Assembly (NCBI GenBank): GCA_030043255.1
Contig: JASHYB010000080.1
Coordinates: forward strand, 1-35,380
Length of the DNA stretch: 35,380 nucleotides
Direction of reading: 5' to 3'
Source of the DNA: Thermoplasmata archaeon
Lineage (GTDB): Archaea; Thermoplasmatota; Thermoplasmata; Lutacidiplasmatales; UBA184
A program made the translations under genes and the position numbers. Positions 28,514 through 35,380 of the stretch are shown here, piece after piece (position 1 is the first letter of the stretch; the number at the start of each line of letters is the position of its first letter). The notes beneath the pieces were generated by a model. The model was not told the origin of the DNA, did not search any database, and was given only the letters and a program-made list of their open reading frames with translations.

Positions 28514-29815
28514 CTAGGCCGTCGCGGAGCTCCCTGGCCCGGAGGTCCCCGCCTTCAGGGGGCCCACCACGACGGCCACCGACCCGTCCTCGGCGAACGC
28601 CCGCCGGGCGGCGTCGCGCACCGCCTCCGGCCGCACCTCGCGCAGGGTCTGCGGCCAGCGACGCCAGTGGTCGGCCGCGAGCTGGTGGTAGCCGGCATCG
28701 ACGGCCAGCTCGTGGGCCTCCGCGGTCGACTCGAGAGAGAGGGGGATCTCGCCGATGGCGCTCTCCCGGACGGTGCGCAGTTCGGCCGGTCCGACCCGCT
28801 CGGCCCGCAGCCGACGGAGCTCGCCGTCGAGCATCGGCACGACCTTGCGCCAGCGGTCGGCCCCGGTCCCGGCGAGCGCGACCCAGTAGCCGCCCCAGCG
28901 CATCGCTTCGAGGTCGCTGGAGGCATGGTAGGCAAGCCCCCCGCGCTCGCGCACCCGCTGGAACAGGCGATTGAGCAGCGGGCGGCCTCCCAGCAGCTCG
29001 TTCGCGAGGAACGCCGCCGGGAACGCGGGGTCGCTCCGCGCGATCGAGGGGCCCCCGAGGCGTACCTCGACCTGCGAGCGTCCGGGCAGATCGATCGTGG
29101 CCCGGCCGCCGGGGGCCCGGGCGCGGGGAAGCTGCGGAGCGCCCGGGGCGCGCGAGCCGGGGAACGACCGGAAGAGCCGTCGGGCCTCGCGGCGCACCAC
29201 CTCGGCCCGGGCGGGGACGGTGACCACCAGCAGGCCGCCGTCGGCGGTGAAGTGCTCCTCGTGAAAGCGGACGAGGCGGCGGCGGGTCAGCGCGCGCAGG
29301 GAGGCGCGGGATCCGCTGCCGGTCTCCCGGTACGGGTGCTCGGCGGGGAAGATCCGGTGCAGGAGCTCACGCTCGGCCCGGTGGCCGGGCTGGGTCGCCT
29401 CCCGCAGCTGGTGCTCCGCCAGCTGGCGGAGGCCCCGACGCACGTCGTCCGGCTCGAACCGCGGCCGACGGACGACCCAGGAGAGGATCTCGAGCAGAGG
29501 CACCCACGACTCGGCCGGACCCCACACCGTCACCTCGGCGGATTCCGGCGCGGCCCGGCGGTTCAGGACCGCCCCCAGCCGGTCGAGGCGCCGGGCGAGT
29601 TCGACCCGGTCGTACGGACCGGCCGCGCTGGTGACCAGTTGGCTGACCAGGCGCGCGGTGCCTCCGGCCCCGGGGGGGTCGTACGCCCAGCCGGCGGGGC
29701 CGACGTACGTCGCCGAGAAGCTCCCGGCGCCGGGCGGGGGCGCCTGACGGACGAGGCGGAGGCCGTCGAGCGGTTCGAGATGCTCGACGAGCAGCGGGTC
29801 GCTCCGCTCAGCCAT
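28514..29815 (-). CDS. M16-family (pitrilysin/insulinase-like) protein lacking the zinc motif
   Basis: The 433-aa ORF has an M16-like two-domain layout, but I found no HxxEH in its N-terminal region. Its start overlaps the upstream M16 gene by 8 nt (ATGGCTGA). Confidence 0.8.
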   Translation of the reverse strand: MAERSDPLLVEHLEPLDGLRLVRQAPPPGAGSFSATYVGPAGWAYDPPGAGGTARLVSQLVTSAAGPYDRVELARRLDRLGAVLNRRAAPESAEVTVWGPAESWVPLLEILSWVVRRPRFEPDDVRRGLRQLAEHQLREATQPGHRAERELLHRIFPAEHPYRETGSGSRASLRALTRRRLVRFHEEHFTADGGLLVVTVPARAEVVRREARRLFRSFPGSRAPGAPQLPRARAPGGRATIDLPGRSQVEVRLGGPSIARSDPAFPAAFLANELLGGRPLLNRLFQRVRERGGLAYHASSDLEAMRWGGYWVALAGTGADRWRKVVPMLDGELRRLRAERVGPAELRTVRESAIGEIPLSLESTAEAHELAVDAGYHQLAADHWRRWPQTLREVRPEAVRDAARRAFAEDGSVAVVVGPLKAGTSGPGSSATA

Positions 29816-31127
29816 CGCTCACCTCCCCGGTCGGACGGTAGCGCACGACCAGTCGGCCCTCCTCGCGGAACAGCGCCCGGGCGCGCTCGCGGACCTCGCG
29901 CGGGGTGACCCGGAGCAGCGCGGAGAAGATCTCGTCCTCGAGCCCGAGCGAGCGCAGGACCGAGAAGTAGCCGAGTCGGAAGCCGGTCCGGGACGCTCCC
30001 TCGTAGGCGAGGAGGGCCGACCGGCGGATCTTGATCCGGCTCTCCGCGACCTCGCGGGGGGTCGGGCCCTCGCGGGCCAGACGCTCGAGCAGGCGCAGCA
30101 GCGCCTCCTCCAGCCGATCCAGGCGGACGCCGGGGGCGGCCTGCGCCTGGATGGTGAAGAGCCCGGGGTAGCGTCGCGGCCGCCAGTCGCAGGTCGCGTG
30201 GACGGCCAGCCCCGGGTCGACCAGGCCCCGGTACAGCCGGGAGCTCGGGTGCTCCCCGGAGCGCCCCATCCCCGAACCGCTGGAGAACAGGCGGGTCTCG
30301 CCGCCGAGGATCGTGTCGAGGACGATCGTCGCCGGGGTCTCCTCCTGCTGCAGGGCCGGGGAACGGAAGCCGACCTGCAGGTAGGGCGTCGTGCCCGGTC
30401 CGGACAGCTCGCTCCGGCGCTCTCCGCGTTGCGCCGGCTCGACCGCGGCGACCTCGATCGGCTCCCCGCCGGCCGGCAGGCGGCCGAAAGCGGACGAGAT
30501 GCGGCCCGCGACGTCGCCCGGGGCGAAGCCGCCGGCGACGACCAGGATCGCGTTGCGCGTGCCGTAGAACCGGTGGTAGTACTCCCGCAGCTGACCGGCC
30601 GACATCTGCGCGATGTCCTCCCGCCGCCCCAGCGCGTCCCAGCGGTACGGGTGCTCGCGGAAGGCGAGCTGGAACAGCTCCTCCTCGACCCGGAACTCCG
30701 GCCAGTTCTCGTTCCCCTCGCGCTCGGAGAAGATGACCGTCCGCTCGCGGGCGACCTCCGGGTCCGTGATCAGCGCCCGGGTCATCCGGTCCGCCTCGAT
30801 GTCGAGGGGGATGGCGAGGTGCTCGCGCGGGACGGTGGTGAAGTAGGCCGTGAAGTCGACGTCCGTGAAGGCGTTCAGCTCGCCGCCCACGCGCACGACG
30901 GCCCGGTCGATCTCCCCCTTGCCGTACTTCGGGGAGCCCTCGAAGAGCATGTGCTCGACCCAGTGCGAGGCGCCGGTGATCCCCGGGTGCTCGTTCACCG
31001 AGCCGACCCGGTACCAGACCCAGACGCTCGCCGTCGGGCTCTCCGGCCGCGGCGCGAGGACCACCCGCAGCCCGTTGCGGAGCGTGAACTCGCGGGTGGC
31101 CGGCCGCGGCACCCTGAGCGGAGGCAC
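29808..31127 (-). CDS. M16-family zinc peptidase (active-type subunit)
   Basis: The inverted zinc motif HWVEHMLFEGS (HxxEH) is present, with the downstream GGELNAFTDVDFTAYF. The start is GTG 31127, and a TATA-like box is centred 27 nt upstream. Confidence 0.88.
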   Translation of the reverse strand: MPPLRVPRPATREFTLRNGLRVVLAPRPESPTASVWVWYRVGSVNEHPGITGASHWVEHMLFEGSPKYGKGEIDRAVVRVGGELNAFTDVDFTAYFTTVPREHLAIPLDIEADRMTRALITDPEVARERTVIFSEREGNENWPEFRVEEELFQLAFREHPYRWDALGRREDIAQMSAGQLREYYHRFYGTRNAILVVAGGFAPGDVAGRISSAFGRLPAGGEPIEVAAVEPAQRGERRSELSGPGTTPYLQVGFRSPALQQEETPATIVLDTILGGETRLFSSGSGMGRSGEHPSSRLYRGLVDPGLAVHATCDWRPRRYPGLFTIQAQAAPGVRLDRLEEALLRLLERLAREGPTPREVAESRIKIRRSALLAYEGASRTGFRLGYFSVLRSLGLEDEIFSALLRVTPREVRERARALFREEGRLVVRYRPTGEVSDG

Positions 31128-31147
31128 AGGACGGGCGGACGCGCGAC

Positions 31148-31159
31148 GGGATATAACGG
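31148..31159 (-). promoter_or_regulatory. TATA-like box for the M16 operon
   Basis: The minus strand reads CCGTTATATCCC. The spacing suggests a leaderless start at 31127. Confidence 0.5.
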
Positions 31160-31230
31160 CCGGCGCGGCAGGGGAACCCGGACCAATCGCGCCCCGCTCG
31201 CCGGTCCGGCGGACGCCGGCGGCGCTGCGC

Positions 31231-31243
31231 CATAACCGTTATC
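31231..31243 (+). promoter_or_regulatory. TATA-like element for the lipid-synthesis gene pair
   Basis: CATAACCGTTATC is centred about 31 nt upstream of GTG 31268. Confidence 0.4.
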
Positions 31244-31267
31244 GCCCGGCCGAGGGCACCCGAGGGC

Positions 31268-32116
31268 GTGCGGGCCGCGCTCCGACTGGTCCGGGCCGGC
31301 AACGTCGTCGTGTCGTTCGTCGGGACCGTGGTAGGCGGGGTGGCCGCTCGGGCGGTCGGCCTCGAGCTGGGCCGCGAGCTGTGGCTCCTGCTCGTCCTGG
31401 CGGCCGCTTCGACCGCCTGCGTGACGGCCGGCGGCAACGTCCTGAACGACGTGCTCGACGTAGAGGGGGACCGGCAGAACCACCCGGACCGACCGCTCGT
31501 CACCGGGGCGATCCGGGTCCGCAACGCTCGTGCGCTGGCGGTCGCCCTCTTCGCCGCGGGCGTGGCGGTCGCCGTGCCGGTCGCAATCGTGGCGCCGTGG
31601 GTCGGGGTCATCCTCGCCGTGGCGGTCGCCTCGCTGCTCGCCTACGAGCTCCGCTGGAAGGCGCGCGGGTTCGTGGGCAACCTCACCGTCGGAGGGCTCA
31701 CGGCGATGGTCTTCCTGTACGGGGGCGCGGCGGTCGGAGCGCCGCTCGTCGTCCTCCCGTTCGCGGCGATGGCGTTCCTGGCGACCGTCAGCCGCGAGGT
31801 GATCAAGGACATGGAGGACGTGGCCGGGGACACCGCGCGCTCGACCGTGCCGAAGGTCCGCGGAATGGGCGCGGCCGCGCGGCTGGCCCGCGGAGCGGTC
31901 GTGGCCGCGATCCTGCTCAGCGCCGTGCCGTACCTGTACTACCTCGACCCGCGCTCGGTCGCCGGGATCGCCTACGGGGCGGTCGTGGCCGCGGCGGACC
32001 TCGGCTTCGTCGTCTCGGTCCTCTGGCTGCCGCGACGGCTGCATCTCGAGCAGACGGTCAGCAAGGGGGCGATGACGGTGGCGCTCGCGGCGTTCCTGGC
32101 GGTGGCGTTCCGGTGA
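31268..32116 (+). CDS. digeranylgeranylglyceryl phosphate synthase (UbiA prenyltransferase family)
   Basis: The first Asp-rich motif is NVLNDVLDVEGDRQNHPDRPLVTG and the second is REVIKDMEDVAGD. The protein is multi-TM throughout and sits next to the GGGP synthase gene. Confidence 0.85.
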   Translation: MRAALRLVRAGNVVVSFVGTVVGGVAARAVGLELGRELWLLLVLAAASTACVTAGGNVLNDVLDVEGDRQNHPDRPLVTGAIRVRNARALAVALFAAGVAVAVPVAIVAPWVGVILAVAVASLLAYELRWKARGFVGNLTVGGLTAMVFLYGGAAVGAPLVVLPFAAMAFLATVSREVIKDMEDVAGDTARSTVPKVRGMGAAARLARGAVVAAILLSAVPYLYYLDPRSVAGIAYGAVVAAADLGFVVSVLWLPRRLHLEQTVSKGAMTVALAAFLAVAFR

Positions 32117-32880
32117 GGTTCGGGCCCCCGATCGGACCGGTCGAGCGCCGGCTGCTGGAGCGGCTGGAGGACGGCCCGGTCCACTTCACGCTCATCGACC
32201 CGGAGAAGTCGCCGGGCGCTCGGGCGGCCGACGTCGCCGAGGGCGCGGCGGCCGCCGGCAGCGACGCGATCCTGCTCGGGGGCTCGACCGGCATCACCCG
32301 GGAGCTGATGGGCGAGGCGGCGCGGGCGATCCGCGGTCGGGTCGGGATCCCGACGATCATCTTCCCGGAGGGGCCGGGCTCGCTCGCGCCGGAGGCGGAC
32401 GCCCTGCTGTTCATGAGCCTGCTCAACTCGCGCGACCTCGACCTGGTGGTCCGGGCCCACGCCCGCGCCGCACCGGTCGTCCGCCGCATGGGGCTGGAGG
32501 CGATCCCGATGGGCTACCTCGTCATCGCTCCGGGGATGCGGGTCGGCGAGGTCGGCCAGGTCGACCCGGTGCCGCGGGACGAACCGGCCACGGCGGCCGG
32601 CTACGCGCTGGCGGCCGAGATGCTCGGGATGCGCCTCGTCTACCTGGAGGCCGGCTCCGGCGCGCCGTCGCCCGTCCCGACGGAGACGGTCCGCGCGGTG
32701 CGCGAGGCGCTGGCCGTGCCGCTGATCGTCGGCGGGGGGATCCGGTCCGGCGCGGACGCCCGGCCCCTCCTGGAGGCCGGGGCCAACATCCTCGTCACCG
32801 GGACGATCGCGGAAGAGGACGGGCTCGGCGAGCGGTACCGCTCGGTGGTCCGGGAGGTCGTGCACGCCCGACGCCGATAG
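32113..32880 (+). CDS. geranylgeranylglyceryl phosphate synthase (PcrB family)
   Basis: This is the C-terminal 255 aa of track ORF 30850..32880. Motifs: HFTLIDPEK, ILLGGSTG, IPTIIFPEG, ADALLFMSLLNSRD, PMGYLVI, LVYLEAGSGA and PLIVGGGIRS...ILVTGT. GTG 32113 overlaps the upstream stop as GTGA. Confidence 0.9.
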   Translation: MRFGPPIGPVERRLLERLEDGPVHFTLIDPEKSPGARAADVAEGAAAAGSDAILLGGSTGITRELMGEAARAIRGRVGIPTIIFPEGPGSLAPEADALLFMSLLNSRDLDLVVRAHARAAPVVRRMGLEAIPMGYLVIAPGMRVGEVGQVDPVPRDEPATAAGYALAAEMLGMRLVYLEAGSGAPSPVPTETVRAVREALAVPLIVGGGIRSGADARPLLEAGANILVTGTIAEEDGLGERYRSVVREVVHARRR

Positions 32881-32926
32881 CGAGCCGAACGGCGGCCCCG
32901 AGGCCCGGCCGCGCCGGCGCTCCAGC

Positions 32927-34681
32927 GTGCTGTTCCAGGCCCCGCCGCTGCCGCTGGCCGCGGTACTGATCGTCGCCGTCTCCCTCGCGCTCGGGGTGCT
33001 CGTCTGGCCGCCGCCCGGCCGCTCGTGGCTGGTCGGCTGGCTGCTGGCCTTCCTGCTGCCCGCGCTGGTCGCGGCCGGCCTCACGACGCCGCTCGCGCGG
33101 GCGCTGGGCGGGCGGTTCGAGCTGCACCGCGGCTTCTTCCTCGCCTTCACCGCGGCGCTGCTCGAGCTGCCGCTCGCCGCCGCCTGGCGGGGGGCGCTCG
33201 CGTTCTGGCCGGCGGTCGTGCCCGGCGTGCTGTTCCTGGTCCCGTTCCTCGCCGCCCCGGTCTTCTGGTTCCGCCAGCTCGCGCTGTACGGCGTCTCCCG
33301 ACCCAGCCACCTGCGCATCCTGCCGGCCGCCCTGATCCAGCCGGTGCTGCAGATGGTCGGCTTCTACCTGCTGGTGCCGGCGAGCGCCGCCTCCCTGGCG
33401 AGCCTCGTCATCGACCTCCTGGTGGCGTTCGTCTGCGTCGTGGTCGTGCTCCACGCCGCCGACCGTCCGATCCGCCGGGAGTTCCACAGCTCCGGGGTGT
33501 CGCTCATCCGACCCCTGCTCGACCACGTCGGGGACCGCAACGAGGAGGCGACGCGCGCGCTGGAGGCGTTCTTCCTCCGCTCGACCGTCGAGGCCGACCT
33601 GCGGGTCGACCTGCTGCGCTTCGAGCGCGACGGCCGTCCCCCGGCGACCGTCGTGCTGCCGACGGTGCACCCCGGACCGTTCGCGGCCCTGGGGGCGAGC
33701 GACCTGCCCCGCAAGCTCGAGGGGTTCCTCGGCCCGGACGCGGGCACGGTCTTCGTCCCGCACACCCCCAGCGACCACGACCTCGACCTGCCCAGCGGCG
33801 CCGAGGTGGCCCGCATCGGCACCGCCGCCCGTGAGCTGCTGGACGGGCTGGCGCCGCCGGGGGAGGCCCGGGCCGGGCCGCTGGTCGCCCCCTACCCCGG
33901 GAGCCTCGCCCGGGCCCAGCTGCTGGGGAACGTCGCGCTGGTGGTGGTCAGCCGGGCCCCGGCGCCGACCGACGACATCGCCTACGCCGTCGCCGACCGC
34001 CTGCTGCGCGACCTGGCGCGCGACGGCCAGCTCCGACCGGTCGCGATCGACGCGCACAACTCGTACGTCGAAGGCGAGGGGGACATCTCCTACGGGAGCC
34101 CGACCGCCGAGAAGCTGGTCGCGGACGCGCGGGCGGCGGTGGAGGCCGCCACCCGCGCGGCGCGCGACGGCGCCCCGGAGATCGGCGTGGCGAGCCGGAC
34201 CGGCTACTCGATCGGCCAGGACGGGATCGGTCCCCACGGGCTGCGGGCGCTCGCGGTGCGCGCCGGCGGGTTGACCACCGGCTACCTGCTGATCGACGGC
34301 AACAACCTGGTCGTGGGCGCACGGGCGACCATCCTGCGGGAGCTCGAGCAGGTCGTGGACGTCGCCGAGGTCCTGACGACGGACAACCACGTCGTGCACG
34401 AGGTCGACGGAGGGATCAACCCGGTCGGGGAACGCTACCCGGCCGAACGGCTGGCGCGGGACGGCCGGGCGCTGCTGGAGGCGGCCAAGGGGGACCTGGC
34501 GCCGGCACGGGTACGGTTCGGGAGCCAGCCGGTCCCCGGCGTGAAGGTCCTCGGCCCGGGCTACACCGCACGGCTTTTGACCTCCCTCGGCGACACGCTC
34601 TCGATGTTCACGAACATGTTCCCGGCCTCGCTGGTCCTCCTCCTCTCCAGCGCGCTGGTGGTCGCGCTGCTCCTCCGCTAG
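32927..34681 (+). CDS. large archaeal membrane protein, DUF2070-like
   Basis: The 584-aa ORF has an N-terminal third with about 6 TM helices. A soluble region follows (VVLPTVHPGPFAALGASDLP, VFVPHTPSDHDLDL, AIDAHNSYVEGEG, LLIDGNNLV, TTDNHVVHEV), then a C-terminal TM helix. The family assignment is from memory. Confidence 0.7.
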   Translation: MLFQAPPLPLAAVLIVAVSLALGVLVWPPPGRSWLVGWLLAFLLPALVAAGLTTPLARALGGRFELHRGFFLAFTAALLELPLAAAWRGALAFWPAVVPGVLFLVPFLAAPVFWFRQLALYGVSRPSHLRILPAALIQPVLQMVGFYLLVPASAASLASLVIDLLVAFVCVVVVLHAADRPIRREFHSSGVSLIRPLLDHVGDRNEEATRALEAFFLRSTVEADLRVDLLRFERDGRPPATVVLPTVHPGPFAALGASDLPRKLEGFLGPDAGTVFVPHTPSDHDLDLPSGAEVARIGTAARELLDGLAPPGEARAGPLVAPYPGSLARAQLLGNVALVVVSRAPAPTDDIAYAVADRLLRDLARDGQLRPVAIDAHNSYVEGEGDISYGSPTAEKLVADARAAVEAATRAARDGAPEIGVASRTGYSIGQDGIGPHGLRALAVRAGGLTTGYLLIDGNNLVVGARATILRELEQVVDVAEVLTTDNHVVHEVDGGINPVGERYPAERLARDGRALLEAAKGDLAPARVRFGSQPVPGVKVLGPGYTARLLTSLGDTLSMFTNMFPASLVLLLSSALVVALLLR

Positions 34682-34697
34682 GCCGTCCCGGACCGCC

Positions 34698-35380
34698 ATG
34701 GCGCAGGACCCGATCGCCTCGGCGGCCGAGCGGCTGGGGGACGACGCGGCGCTCCGACTGCTGCAGGAGCTGGTCGCGATCGCGCCGACCAACCTCGAGG
34801 ACCTCGCCGCGGGGCGCTACGAAAAGCCGAACTACCTGCGGGCGGCGGACGCGATCGCACGCTGGGCCCGCACCTTCGGGCTCGCCACGCGGCGCTACGA
34901 CCCCCTGATCGACAGCGGCTCGGCCAAGCTCCGCGGGCTGCCCCGTCCCAACGTCATCGTCGACCTGGACCGGGACGCGAAGGAGACGGTGCTGGTGCTC
35001 GCCCACTTCGACGTCGTGCCGGTGCCGGTGGAGCAGCGGGCCCGCTGGAAGAGCCCCCCGCACACGCTGACGCTCCGGCCGGACGGTCGGCTCTACGGGC
35101 GGGGCGCGGCGGACGACCTCGGGAGCGGGATCACCGCGACGCTCCTCGCCATGCGCCGCCTGGCGGAGGCAGACCGGCTTCCGCGCAACGTCCGCCTGCT
35201 CGCCTGCTGCGACGAGGAAACCGGCGGAGAAGGGGGCATCGAGGCGCTCCGCGAGCACGACGACCGGTTGTCGCCGGACGACCCCGGACGCATCGTGCGG
35301 GGGAGCGTGGCGCTGATCCCGGACGGCAGTCCCCACACGACCGTCGGCTCGAGCGGCCTCGGGTTCCTGGAGGCCAGTCG
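34698..35380 (+). CDS. M20-family metallopeptidase (ArgE/DapE/CPG2-like), 3' end cut by the window edge
   Basis: Hand translation from ATG 34698 gives MAQDPIASAAERLGDDAALRLLQELVAIAPTN...VLVLAHFDVVPV...W..PPHTLTLRPDGRLYGRGAADDLGSGITATLLAM...LLACCDEETGGEGG. It is not in the ORF track because there is no stop in the window. Confidence 0.85.
   Translation, partial: MAQDPIASAAERLGDDAALRLLQELVAIAPTNLEDLAAGRYEKPNYLRAADAIARWARTFGLATRRYDPLIDSGSAKLRGLPRPNVIVDLDRDAKETVLVLAHFDVVPVPVEQRARWKSPPHTLTLRPDGRLYGRGAADDLGSGITATLLAMRRLAEADRLPRNVRLLACCDEETGGEGGIEALREHDDRLSPDDPGRIVRGSVALIPDGSPHTTVGSSGLGFLEAS

Noticed and set aside
28426-29908. Plus-strand ORFs 28426..28974 and 28667..29908
   Set aside because: These are Arg/Pro/Gly-rich shadows antisense to the M16-like gene.
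29563-31611. 682-aa minus-strand ORF, and the N-terminal 420 aa of plus-strand ORF 30850..32880
   Set aside because: Both are off-frame or antisense to the M16 peptidase genes and the DGGGP synthase gene and are Arg/Gly/Pro-rich. Only the last 255 codons of 30850..32880, starting at GTG 32113, encode GGGP synthase.
31972-34792. Minus-strand ORFs 31972..33318 and 32795..34792
   Set aside because: These are antisense shadows of the GGGP synthase and DUF2070-like genes. They are Arg/Gly/Pro/Asp-rich and have no motifs.
34608-35336. 242-aa minus-strand ORF at the right edge
   Set aside because: It is antisense to the plus-strand frame that carries clear M20 peptidase motifs (HFDVVP, GRGAADD), and its composition is shadow-like.

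Overview
This is a very GC-rich archaeal chromosomal segment. The archaeal markers are aIF5A with the hypusine-site motif, an archaeal-type D-aminoacyl-tRNA deacylase, GGGP and DGGGP synthases for ether lipids, TATA-box and leaderless gene starts, and an intron-containing tRNA. I support 25 protein-coding genes (two cut by the window edges) and one tRNA. Because of the GC content, almost every real gene is shadowed by long Arg/Gly/Pro/Ala-rich ORFs in other frames. I chose frames by third-position GC bias, amino-acid composition and recognisable motifs. All alignments were done by eye from memory; no searches were run. Left to right, the window holds: a truncated hypothetical gene; a degenerate IS630-type transposase; two small membrane proteins; a ~1700-aa isoleucyl-tRNA-synthetase-like protein; aIF5A, divergent from it; a ~1440-aa all-helical repeat protein; a small conserved hypothetical gene; tRNA-Glu(CUC) with an insert in the T-loop; a family-5 ABC uptake system (giant substrate-binding protein, two permeases, and one convergent ATPase with a large insertion); a 14-repeat YVTN beta-propeller protein; a small acidic protein; an extremely Asn-rich predicted glycoprotein; a small membrane protein; DtdA; a small RHH-like protein; an M16 peptidase pair; DGGGP synthase and GGGP synthase; a DUF2070-like membrane protein; and a truncated M20 peptidase. 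The strongest candidate for something undescribed is the IleRS-like protein (3289-8415, minus strand). It has no HIGH or KMSKS motif and carries substituted editing-site signatures. It is fused to a helix-hairpin-helix, a proline-rich linker, a DUF835-like domain and a ~330-aa acidic disordered tail. It sits back-to-back with aIF5A, in a neighbourhood that also holds the giant helical repeat protein and the intron-containing tRNA. No CRISPR array, rRNA or recognisable defence system is present.
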